Source of the DNA: Camelus ferus
Taxonomy: Eukaryota
Direction: 5' to 3'
Assembly (NCBI RefSeq): GCF_009834535.1
Contig: NC_045696.1
Coordinates: 92,320,001-92,384,000 of the forward strand
DNA length: 64,000 bases
Shown: positions 27,675 to 39,140 of the stretch, in pieces
How the letters are laid out: each line of letters opens with the position of its first letter
Numbering within the stretch: the first letter of the stretch is position 1
Program-made: the position numbers and the translations under genes
The notes under the pieces: generated by a model
The model's database searches: none
Seen by the model: only the letters and a program-made list of their open reading frames with translations
What the model was told of the DNA's origin: nothing

Positions 27675-30354
27675 CTCCTAACCCATTCCCGTCATTCGTC
27701 CTTAATATCTACCATTTTACCTGAAGAATCTTTCTGGCAACCAGTCACTCATATGCATACAGCAACACGGAGGGGAAAAAGAACTAATTTCCTGTGTAAG
27801 TTCCAAATGATGAAAAATTAAGAAGGAATTTGGAGTCAAACAATAGAGGGTAAGCCTGCCTCAGAGAAGGCGGTGCTGGTTGGCGCACATCCACCCTCTC
27901 GGAAAAATAATTTAAAATGTGGGCTTCCTCTTGTCACCTCAGTAGCATCATCCTTTAATAAAAGGAGAACTGAGTTCTTATCATCCAAGCAGCTTCCTCT
28001 CTAGCATAAAATCTTCTCAGGTATGTCAACTTAAAAAAACCTGGGGCCTGGCGTGAGCTGAGAAAGCAGGCTCAGTGAGAGCCGGGACCCTCAGAGCCCT
28101 GTGAGCAGTCTGGTCATTCCTCTGTCCCTTCATGTCGTGTTTCTAGTGGAAATTCTCTTGGAAACCCGTGGTGCTGTGACATATTGAAGTGCTCTACAGA
28201 GGTCAATGGAGATGTGAGAATGAGCTTGTGTGTAGATTTTCAGATCATTCCGAGGCCCCACGTTTCTCAGCATCCTGCTTACCACGGATGTATTTCGAGT
28301 TCATCAAACGTTCATTTAACGTACTCGAATTCAACAAAAAGCACTGGATCAGAAAAGTGAAAGGAGGAGAAATTATTCAAGCCATTCTGTTGGTGATTTC
28401 CTTCCTCTAAGGACTGTTCTGGAAGGAGCAGATGGTAGGAGAGTCTGCCATTTCCTCAGTCGAACCCAGTCCATTGTGGCTGACACAGAGTGACCATCTC
28501 ACTGGGCCTAAGAGATCCTGAAGTTCATGGCCTGAAACACAAGCTGACGGCTTTACCTGGTGTTCAACAGCATTGGAGGAAGAAGGAGGCTGGGAGGTGG
28601 TCTGCTGGCCTCTGGTGTGGAGGCTTCCAAAAGAATTTTCAAGGGTAATTTTAACTACACCCAGTTCTCTCCTAACCCCTTGAATCTTTGACTTTGGAAC
28701 ATACCTGTTGTGTAAAATGCATCTCCACTATTTTTAGTTCTAGGATATGTCAGAGGACCTTGATTTTCTGGAACCAGACTTTCTGGTTTCTTTCAAATGC
28801 CGCTTTCACTACCTGAGATGTAAAATGAAATTCAAAAAATAACCAGCTTATAAATAGAGTAAGGCTCTAAAGTTTATTTGTAAGCTGGCTGTTTGGAACT
28901 CAGAATGCATTTTGCTGTAAAAACAATGTGATAAATGGTACAAAAGGTATGTGGATTCCCACAATGGCCCACATGCATCTTTGTTCTGAAATTCATATAT
29001 TTACCAAGGGAAAAAATAGAAGGAAAAGGGGTCTGGAGAAGGAAGTAAAGGCAAGATTGCTTGAGTCAGGCTGCCTGTGTTCGAATGCCATCATGTGCTT
29101 GCTTTTGGCCTTGACCAAGTGTCTCAGCCTGGTCATCTATAGCGTGGGGCTAGTAGGGTATTGCTCTCAGAGGCATGTTTGAGGATACAGTCAATCAATA
29201 CAAAGCCCGTCACACATAAAAAGGGCTCTGTGTTTGCACTTACAGTTGTTTCTCTGGGTGTGAACTGCTCACACACTGCAGCATTCCCACTACCTGTGTT
29301 TCTCCAAACACCAGCCATTCTTGGGAGGCGGAACCCCAGGAACCCTAACCAAACCACAACTAGTACAGAAATATTCGCTCTAATGAATATTTGATTGACT
29401 TTGCAAGGAAATAGGGAAGGGGGGGCTTAGGGGAAGGGAGCTGGGAGAAGCTTCCTTCACCGTGCTTCTACACCTGCTTCCCTCCTCCGCTTTTCACTGG
29501 GCTGCCCCAATTCTGCTCCCCTCCCATCCAGGGGTGTCTGTAGCAAGAGGCAGATAAGGACGTGAGGGGACAAGGGGGAGAAGAATGCCTCCAGGCTTCC
29601 CAGAGCCCCCTGGACAGTCCTCATGGAGGTGTGTTTATGGAGCAGCCCTAGAGCAGTGAGGGCAGGAGGACACGTGAGAGCTCCTCCAGCCACTTGCTGG
29701 GGCTCCCCCAGCCCCGCCGCCCCACGTGCTGCTCTTCCCCACACAGCCCTGCTGGCTGGCCTCCCACCTTCTAGATCTTGTCCATGGGCTCCCCAAAGTT
29801 CTCTGTGGGAAGATGGCAGAAGATTATGGATTGTACACAAGTGAAAACACCTAGAATCTTGTGTGGCCCCTCACCCCTCTCTCCATCTCAAGAAAGGCAT
29901 CCTCAAATAAAACATGTTTAGGGGAAGGAAATTCTATTTCCTAACCTCTTTCAGTGCTTGTCAGCACATGCCAATTGCTTGCACCATTCATCCATTTATC
30001 CACTTACTCAATGAATCTTTCATGTTTAGGATTATGTTAGATTCTGAGAATACCTTCTGGAATTTCAATAGCGCATAACTGTAACAAGGTATTGAAATTT
30101 TTTAACGAGTCCACCTTAAGTGTAATTGCCATTCTAACTTTGTAGGTGAAGTCAAGTTCTTAATAGAACCATTACTAAAAAGTTTTTAATATTAAAAAAA
30201 TGTGATAAGTAAACTTTCTGCTTGTTTGTTTTTAAGGAAAATTTCCTGCCTTCACAGAGCTCACAGTTTAGATCAGGGAGAGCAAATAGTCAGTTTGATT
30301 AGAGGCAGCCTTATTTATCTCTGGTTGTTGACAAACTAAAGCTTTGCTTTTTAA

Positions 30355-30513
30355 AAACATTAATTTATTTTTAAATTTCCGTCCCTATGTTCTTTGAGGG
30401 GGGCGGTAATTAGGTTTGTTTGTTTGTTTATTTTAATGGAGGTACTGGAGACTGAGCCCAAGACCTTGCTCATGCTAAGCAGGTACTCTACCACCAAGCT
30501 ATTTTCTCCCCAC
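30355..30513 (-). mobile_element. tRNA-derived SINE (Vic-1 type) with extended tail
   Basis: Reverse SINE body; near-perfect 17-bp TSD aaagctttgctttttaa (30338-30354) / aaagccttgcttttcaa (30514-30530). Confidence 0.88.
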
Positions 30514-30864
30514 AAAGCCTTGCTTTTCAATGCAGCTGAGATACAGCAGCTCAGCCGGCAGTTTCTGGAGTATGGCTCCCTGGCCCCCTCTGGGCACAGC
30601 ACTGTCTCACGGCCTGGAGATTGCTCAAAGTTTGTAGAAAGGGCATCTGGTATCTCTGAACATATCTTTCATTTTCTGGAGTGAACTCAGCTCTGCTCCT
30701 ACCCAGAGTGTGTCTGCCGGTCATGTGTATCTATAGAGATGTTCATGGTGTTGGCAGGGGGAGGCTTTCCGACCAACAATAAAGCTGGACTTCATCAAAG
30801 CAGACTACAAACTGCTGTATTTGGAAATCCAGAGTATTAACATGGTACTAACAATTAAGCCAGA

Positions 30865-32123
30865 TAAACTCAAAATGAATCAAAGACTTAAACATAAGAC
30901 AAGATACAATAAACCTCCTAGAAGAAAATATAGGCAAAACATTATCTGACATACATCTCAAAAATGTTCTCCTAGGGCAGTCTACTCAAGCAATAGAAAT
31001 AAAAGCAAGAGTAAACAAATGGGACTTAACGAAACTTACAAGCTTCTGCACAGCAAAGGAAACCATAAGTAAAACAAAAAGACAACCTATGGAATGGGAG
31101 AAAATTTTTGCAAATGAAACCGACAAAGGCTTGATCTCCAGAATATATAAGCAGCTCATACGACTTAACAAGAAACAGCCAAACAACCCAATCCAAAAAT
31201 GGGCAAAAGACCTTAACAAGCAATTCTCCAAGGAAGACATACAAATGATCAATAGGCACATGAAAAAATGCTCAATATCACTAGTTATCAGAGAAATGCA
31301 AATCAAAACTACGATGAGGTATCACCTCACACCAGTCAGAATGGCCATCATTCAAAAATCCACAAATGACAAATGCTGGAGAGGCTGTGGAGAAAGGGGA
31401 ACCCTTCTACACTGTTGGTGGGAATGCAGTTTGGTACAGCCACTGTGGAAAACAGGTGGAGATTCCTCAAAAGACTAGGAATAGACTTACCATATGACCC
31501 AGGAATCCCGCTCCTGGGCATATATCCAGAAGGAACCCTACTTCAGGATGACACCTGCACCCCAATGTTCATAGGAGCACTATTTACAATAGCCAAGACA
31601 TGGAGACAGCCTAAATGTCCAACGGATGACTGGATAAAGAAGATGTGGTATATTTATACAATGGAATACTACTCAGCCATAAAAACCGACAACATAACGC
31701 CATTTGCAGCAACATGGATGCTCCTGGAGAATTTCATTCTAAGTGAAGTAAGCCAGAAAGAGAAAGAAAAATACCATATGAGATCACTCATATGTGGAAT
31801 CTAAAAAAAAAAAAAAAACCACAAACAAAGCATAAATACAAAACAGAAATAGACTCATAGACATAGAATACAAACTTGTGGTTGCCAAGGGGGTGGAGAG
31901 TGGGAAGGGATAGACTGGATTTCAAAATTGTAGAATAGATAAACAAGATTATACTGTATAGCACAGGGAAATATATATGGGATCTTGTGGTAGCTCACAG
32001 AGAAAAAAATGTGACAGTGGATATATATATGTTCATGTATAACTGAAGAATTGTGCTCTACAGTGGAATTTGATACAACATTGTAAAATGATTATAAATC
32101 AATAAAAAATGATTTAAAAAAAA
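30865..32123 (+). mobile_element. 5'-truncated young LINE-1 (frameshifted ORF2 C-terminus and 3'UTR)
   Basis: ORFs 31089-31478 and 31373-31804 give L1 ORF2 peptides in different frames (WEKIFAN...[38 protein letters not shown]). TSD caattaag(c/a)cagat at 30852-30865 and 32125-32138. Confidence 0.96.
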
Positions 32124-32409
32124 GCAATTAAGACAGATTTCTAAGTGTTTTGTTTCCTTCCATCTGGTTAAGCATTTGATTAGTAGGGTATTTGGAATAA
32201 TTTGAAAAAAAAAAAAAGAAGAGACAGCACAAGAGAGAATACTCAAAAGGAAATGTTGACAAGTTGAAGATTTAGTTTCTCTTTCACTAAGAAATAAAGT
32301 TAGACAAAAATCAGTGCTTTTCAAGGGATGCTTTTTTCCTCAGGGCTCTTGAGCTGTATTAAGTGAAACCGTGTGTCTGTTCACCAGTGGTTCTGCCGCC
32401 TGTATTCCT

Positions 32410-32730
32410 AACATGTGGTAGGAGTGTTCCTCGCTGCCGTTTTTAAGTTAGGTGTGGTCACGTGACTTACGCAGTCAATGACATGTGAGCAGAGATGCCA
32501 GGCATCACTTTTGGGCAGAAGCACTAAGAGCCAGGGTACCATTTGCCGTGTTCTCTTTATCAGGCTGCCAGAGCGATGGACAACGTCCTGGAGAAAGGAC
32601 AATGCAGAGTATCCCCAGGTAACCCACGAAGAAAGGCGGTATGCATCAGAAATAAACCCTATGCTTGAAGGTGCTGAGATCTGGGGGGCTGTGTGCTTCT
32701 GCAGCAAAACCTGGGCTTTGGGTTCTGACA
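32410..32730 (+). mobile_element. Old MaLR LTR (MLT1I/J/K-like)
   Basis: ggtcacgtgact...atgtgagcagag...gaaataaaccct...gctgagatctggggg...ctgcagcaaaacct. Confidence 0.6.
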
Positions 32731-34116
32731 AAGAGTGGGATAGGAGAGCTTTTCTCGCTGCCACACTTGGCTGTGCAGGAATCCCTAGTGGGGGCTCCTC
32801 CTGCCTCTTTCTAAATTGCTCCATTGACCCCCTTGCAATTATCTTTTAATTTCAAAGGTCTTGGCTATGCTTTGACTGCTTATAAAGGAATATAACTATT
32901 TCCTGATCTTTCGCTGTTGCTGTTGTTTTTTGTATTTGTTTTTGAAGCAGTATTGAGGTAGGAAGGAAGAAAAAGCTCTAGACAGGAATTAGGTGAAGGC
33001 TGTTTTATTGGTTTAGTAGCTCTGCCATTAACTACGTGTGACCCCTGAACAAAGAAGTAATGTTCTGGGGCCTCAGTTTCCTTGTCTGCAGCACAGAGAA
33101 CTTGAATTAGACCCCAGGTAGCAAAGCAGCATCCCTTTAGTAGTTGTTACCTCGCCCTGAGATGGGTTTTGTTCAGTCCACATAGGGGTGGATTCTCTCC
33201 CTTTTAATCAGACATAAAAACCCATTTGTCAACATTATAATTCAGAAGAATTCACCTAAAAGTCCAGCTTGCTGACTGCTTGCTTATTTTTCTATGTGCC
33301 TTCATTAAACAAATATTTATTTGAGTGCTTACAGAATGCCCTTTCACTCTTCTAAGCACTGGATTTACAGTTATAGACAATACAAGTGAAAAACCCACGC
33401 CCTCCTGGAGCTGATATTCTAGAGGATTTCCAGCTTCTCTCAAAAATCTGCAAGATAGGGGCATCACGGGGCTCCTCTTTCAACAGAGCAAGGATTCTTG
33501 AGAAGCTGAGTAGTAGTTGTGCCTGTAGACTGGCCATCGGGTCCGACCTCTGCAGGTGTGGGGAAGGCCTGGCCCGGCACTCACTTACCCATCCGGCCCC
33601 TGTAGGCTTCTGGGTTTGTGATGCTTGGACTAAGTGACCTCTCAGAGTCCTTCATTCCTAACAGCCAGGATTCCAAAAGTATACACAACATGAATTGAAA
33701 ACTGAGTCTTTTCAAGTCTGTTACAGAAAATCTACATCTTACTGCTGTTACAAATTGTTTAAGCTGAGCTGCGGATGTACATTAAAAAGAGGAAATGGCC
33801 TCTGCCCTCTCTCCTTCTTTACTCCACTATCTTTCACTTGACTGAACAGTTCCAGAAAGACACCCAGTACACTCCAAGTCCCCTTGGCCTCCATCCTGCT
33901 CCTTTCCTCCCTCTGTTGCTGCCTTCCTGGCAAGCTCTCCAGTTCTGGAGATGTGGATCAGCTTTGTAAATAACCAGGGGTGCACATACCTTAGGTAGTT
34001 TAAATATTTATTTACTCCCTGTCTAAAATTTTAGTTCAGCAATTGGATGGAAATGAGCATTCGCCTTTAACAAGATTCTGGAAAGTCCTCTGTTTGCTCT
34101 GCAATGTTCTTTAATA

Positions 34117-34240
34117 ACTGCATCATTGTTCTTCATGGCAAATGCAGGAAGGCAGGTGGGTGCAGAGGAATGGTTATTTGTTTCGGCTCCAATGGGAATG
34201 GGCTTTGTGAAAAAACGTGGGCTGGTAGATACTAAAAAAT
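34117..34240 (+). repeat. Copy 1 of a ~120-bp dispersed direct repeat
   Basis: About 90% identical by eye to 35747-35870. Confidence 0.93.
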
Positions 34241-34987
34241 TATTTGCAAGGTTATTATAAGTCATCTCTCCTATGGCTCTTATTTCTTCTTTCTTTTCCT
34301 GTTCTTTTGCCTTTTTTCAATTCTCTCTTCCTGAGGGATCGTAGATGAGTCATCTTTTTGAGTCATTTCCTTATTAAGCAGCAGGGTTAACGGTATCAAG
34401 ATAGGGCAGAAGTAAGACAGAACCCCAAAGCAATCACCATACATATTAATGGATATACACACGTCTACACCCTCGGCACACATACACACACACATGCACA
34501 CACACATATTCCATTACTCAAGTGAAAGACAATTAAAAGGTCTTTTTCTCTGTAAAAAATTTCATCTAATGGCTGAGACATAATAAGCCAAGTTTCCGCC
34601 AGGGCAAAATTTTATAACCAAGTTAAAAAAGCTTGAAAATAGTGAGACACAATGGAAACCTTGACACAATCTTAATTACACTGTCACCAGACACAATGTT
34701 AAAATGTACATATAAATGTTCCCTTTTAATCCTACGAATTAGTCCTGTAGATGTGCCTGACATCCTATCCCTCTTTTGAGCAGAATAATTATTCTAGGTT
34801 TCAGATCAAAGTGAGTTATCAGTCATGTTTTTAGAACTATCTCCCTAAAGCTGAAAAGCGGCACCAAATATTAATGGGAATAATAATAAAAATGATTTCA
34901 ACAACGAACATTTATTGCGAACTTGTGTTCTAGGCCCTGTGCTGAGCGTGGTACCTGCCTTATTTTGTGCAATCACCATGACTACCC

Positions 34988-35415
34988 TGTGACATGGTCC
35001 TTCTGCAGGGTCCATGCGCCATCTTTCTTTATCCTATTCTGTGCCCTGGGCGCTGACTTTGATGGATGTCATCATCAGTTTCCATGGCTTCTAGCTTCTG
35101 TTGGCTTCCCAGAGAGGGATGAGAGAGAAGTCTAGGTACTTATTCTTCCATCTCCATCTCTTTGGGGCCCTGGGCTAGCTTTCTGTCTGTCACCCCAGCT
35201 CCTGTCTGGGGCCCTCTCCTGTAGCCACCACACTCTCTTCAGCTTCTGGTAACTGCTCCCCTCCTTGTCCCTTCAGATGTGGAAGTTCCTCTGCTCTCCC
35301 CAGGATGCTTTCCCGTCCTTTGCTGAGTGCTCTGATCTCTGCCTACACTCTTGTCATTAGTCCCTCATTAAACTCTCTCAGTGTGCCACCCATTTTCTAG
35401 ACTCTGAATAATACA
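34988..35415 (+). mobile_element. ERVL solo LTR (LTR33-like) inserted in a reverse MIR
   Basis: TG...CA ends; 3' part tagtccctcattaaactctc..gtgtgcca...ctgaataataca; MIR halves at about 34890-34985 and 35416-35550. Confidence 0.65.
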
Positions 35416-35746
35416 GTACTCCCATTTCCCTTTAATAGGTTTTTTAAAAAAATTGAGGCTTTCACATGTTATGTGACTTGTCCAGGACTGCATAGCTAGT
35501 AAGTTCTAGAGTCAAGATGTGAATTGAAATGTCAGCCCAGGCTCTTATCCAATACTGCGCAAGGTCTACAGCACAATCTCCATTATGTTGGTTTTCTGCA
35601 ATGTGTTAAGAAAAGGACCTGGAATTCTTGCCCAAGAAGAGGAACTAGCTTTACTCTACCACTGTTGAGCTGGGCCATGTTGGTTTTCTAAAGCTACCTT
35701 GGTTTTATCATCTATAAGACTGGTGAAATAGATGTTAAATAGACTT

Positions 35747-35870
35747 ACTGCAGTGTTCTTCACGGCAAATACAGGAAGGCAAGTGGGTGCAGAGTAATGG
35801 TTATGTGTTTCGGCTCCAATGGGAATGGGCTTTGTAAAAAAAACATGTGGGCTGGTAGATAGTAAAAAAT
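35747..35870 (+). repeat. Copy 2 of a ~120-bp dispersed direct repeat
   Basis: About 90% identical by eye to 34117-34240; abuts an L1 3'-end fragment. Confidence 0.93.
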
Positions 35871-35914
35871 ACAGGAATATCGAATCGTTACATTGCACAC
35901 CTGAAACCAACATA

Positions 35915-36490
35915 CAGACGGTCCTCAACTTACAATGGGTTGACTTACAATTTTTCAATGAGCTTTCCACATATTCAGTAGACATTGTACTTAGAAATTT
36001 GATCTTTTCCTGGGCTGGCAATATGCAGTACTATCCTCTGTCACTATGAAAGACACTGACCACAGCCCAGAGTCAGCCACGGCGATCACCAGGTAAAGAA
36101 CTAATACACTTAATACAATTCTGTACCCATATAGCCATTCTAGCTTCCACTTTCATACAGAACTTTATAAATGGCATGAGATATTCAACACTTCATTGTA
36201 AAATAGGCTTTGTTTTTTTTTTAAATGAAGGTACTGGGAATTGAACCCAGGACCTCGTGCATGCTAGACACACACTCTACCCCTGAGCTCTACCCCACCC
36301 AAAATAGGCTTTGTGTTAGATGACTTTGCCCCACTGTAGGCTAATGTAAGCATGCTGAAGGTAGGCTAAGGTAGGCTACTATGATGTTCAGTAGGTTGGG
36401 TGTATTAAATGCAGTTTTGACTTAACAATATTTTCAACTAACCATGAGTTTATCAGGATGTAAACTCCATTGTAAATTGAAGAAGGTCTA
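35915..36490 (-). mobile_element. Tigger5/MER47-family DNA transposon fossil
   Basis: TA-flanked (35913-35914, 36491-36492); terminal cagacggtcctcaacttac; internal aaataggctttgtgttagatgac...ctgtaggctaatgtaag...gtgtattaaatgca. Confidence 0.8.
36214..36300 (-). mobile_element. tRNA-derived SINE (Vic-1 type) nested in the Tigger element
   Basis: Perfect 14-bp TSD aaaataggctttgt at 36200-36213 and 36301-36314. Confidence 0.93.
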
Positions 36491-37899
36491 TAAAGTTATA
36501 TGTAAATTTTACCTCAAGAAAAAAACATTTTAATAAATAAAATAAAATGGAGGAAATAATAGACTTGCTCCAATGATTGTTCAGGATTCTTGGAAGAATA
36601 AAAGTGAGATAACAGTGGGAAAGGACCTTAAAAGGACATGAGTGCTGTGTAAATGTAAGTTATTTTTCCTTGGGTAATACAACTTGTAACAGTATGAAGA
36701 TGTAGCTCTGTCTATAAATACTTACATGTACACATGTGTGGAGTGTGTATGATATTCATTCTGTAGGTTATAACCTACATCATTGTTATTCCATGATACA
36801 AACCATTTGTTAGGGTACCTACCACTATTCAGCCACAGTTCAAACTTGTCTAAGTTCTAACTATAGGATCTCGTATTTATATTCAATCTTTTTAAAAAGT
36901 AAGAAAATTTCGCTCACCATTGATAATTCTCTGTGTAACAAGACATACCTGTAACTTTAGGGAAGGCAATAGCATAGACAGGAAGATATATTTTACAAAA
37001 TGGCTTTACCCCTACATGAACAGGTAGTCAGGAATTCTTGCCTTAAATTGGGCCCATCTGTGCTACAATTGAGATACAAAATCTGTACTAGTAATATAAA
37101 AATAAATGAATAAATACAGACTTATGGAAGGAATAGTGAAAAGATGGATTCCATTCCTTTACATAAGCTGGGAGGTGGGTAGCTATTTGACAACATTCCG
37201 GGACACTGGCTTGGAATGGGAATCAGTGTTTTCAGTCTATGAAGCCTCAGCTCATGAGGAATTCCAGGACAGCTCGTGAGCAAGGTGCTCCTCGCTGTGG
37301 AAGTGGAGGCCAGGTGGGCTCCCAGAGGGCCTCAGCCACTTGGCGGATGTTCATTGTCAAGTAGTGGCAAAGCCAGAGCCCCTGAGTGTACCCTGGTCAC
37401 CAACCCACTCTGCTTACAGATCCACTGACAGGCGACCTCCTCCCCCACTGCCAGGGCTGGCTGGCCACAGCATCAGGAGGTAAAAGGGGGGCTCACACAG
37501 CACCGTGGAGATAAGCCCAACTTCCTGTGGCCACGTTCTGGCTCGTTCTCCGTTATTAGGAATATCACTTAATTGTTTGATGCCTCGACTTTCTTATCAA
37601 CAAACTATGGACCAGTTTCCTGCCTCTTGCCCACAAGATTCCTAAAGATTTTTTTTAGAGATCCAAGAAAATGTTGCCAGAGAAAAATGATGAACAATTA
37701 ACTTTGTATTTTGAGCTACAGTTCTCTACGCACTTATCACATGCTCCTAATCTATGACCAGCTTCTAATGAGACAAATGGCAATTGGCATTTCGTGCCTT
37801 TGAGGTGCAGGATTCTGACTCAGGGCCGTGAGGGCTGCTCATCCTTGAAGCTCCTGCTGACACTACTCTCTAGCTGGGCAGGCACATTGGGCAATAAAG

Positions 37900-38095
37900 C
37901 AGAATGCTTAAAAGGCTGACCTCTTGAGTTAGGCAGGTCGGGTGACCTCGGGCTGATTTCCTCTCTAAGCCTCAGTTTGCTTGCCTGTTAAATGAAGATA
38001 AAAGCACCAACCTCTCTCATGCTGAGAGTTTCAAACAGAATAAATGTAAGAACTTAGCAATGTGCATACACATAGTAGGAGCCAATGAATGTTAA
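37900..38095 (+). mobile_element. MIR SINE
   Basis: ggtgacctcggg...ctctctaagcctcagtttgc..gcctgttaaatg...catagtaggagccaatgaatgtta. Confidence 0.7.
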
Positions 38096-38242
38096 CTCCC
38101 GCCTGTACATTTTTGACATTGCACTTAATATGCTATATAAATGTACTTATATTTTTGCCTTTTCACTGCCACCCCCCACTCTGTCCCTCCAGTGCTCTGA
38201 ACTATGCCTAGGAGACAGCAAGTGTTCAGTAAGTCTTAAATA

Positions 38243-38327
38243 GCAGAGCGGTCTAGCTCAGTGGTAGAGTGCATGCTTAGCATGCTTAGGTCCAATCTCC
38301 AGTATCTCTAAAAAGAAAAAAAAAAAG
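38243..38327 (+). mobile_element. tRNA-derived SINE (Vic-1 type, internal deletion)
   Basis: tagctcagtggtagagtgcatgcttagcatgc...ccagtatctc followed by poly-A. Confidence 0.85.
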
Positions 38328-38644
38328 GCTTAAGAAAAAAATAAATCAGAATAAATGAGTCAAAGAAAAGTATAAGATGGGGTTTCTGCCCTCAGGGACT
38401 TTACTATCAAGTCGACAGGTAAGACATTTAACCCCTAGATAATTAATTATGCCTGGCGGAAAGTAAGTGGTTTGTACAGAGGCAAAAGAGAGAAAACCTT
38501 CTGACCAGATGGGAAAGGAAGGCTGAGTGGAGAAGGGAGCTGGGAGCTTTGAATCATTACCCCCAAGCTGGGCAATGCTCAAAAAGAATGCTGCTCCACA
38601 CTCTGGTCACTCACTCAAACACTGACGATGTTTCCCCTCCATTT

Positions 38645-39140
38645 TCCTGGGTTGAGCTGACAGGTTGCTGTAAACAGCTTAAAGCAACACAGACTTATTC
38701 CCTTGCAGTCCTGGAGGTCAGTCTCAAATCAGTTTTACTAAACTAAAGTCCAGGTGCAGACAGGGCCGGTTCCTTCTGGAGACCCCAGGAGAGAATTTAT
38801 TTCCTTGCCTCTCTCAGCTTCCATAGCCTTTCCATTGCTTGGCTCTCGGCCCTGTCCTTCAGCTCCAAAGCCAGCAGCATAACATCTTCAAATCTCTCAT
38901 TGCTTCTGTCATCACGGCGCCTTCTGTCTGACCCTTCTGTAATCAAATCCCCCTCCACCACCCTCTTGTGAGGAGACTTGTGATTACATTTAAGACCCAC
39001 TCGGATTATCCAGGATAATCTCCCCATCTTAAGATCCTCAACTTAATCATATCTGCTGCGTTCTTTTTGCCATATAAGGTAACATTCACAGGTTCTAGGG
39101 ATCAGGACTTGGGTCTTCGAAGGCCATTATTTAGCCTACC
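38645..39140 (-). mobile_element. MaLR solo LTR (MLT1C/D-like)
   Basis: gcttaaagcaacacag...gtgattacatt...ccaggataatctccccatcttaagatcc...cattcacaggttctagggatcagg. Confidence 0.85.

Noticed and set aside
31089..31804. ORFs with clear protein similarity
   Set aside because: These are frameshifted L1 ORF2 remnants, not host genes.
37497..37518. RE1/REST-like CAGCACCGTGGAGA
   Set aside because: The right half-site departs from GGACAGCGCC; likely a chance match.
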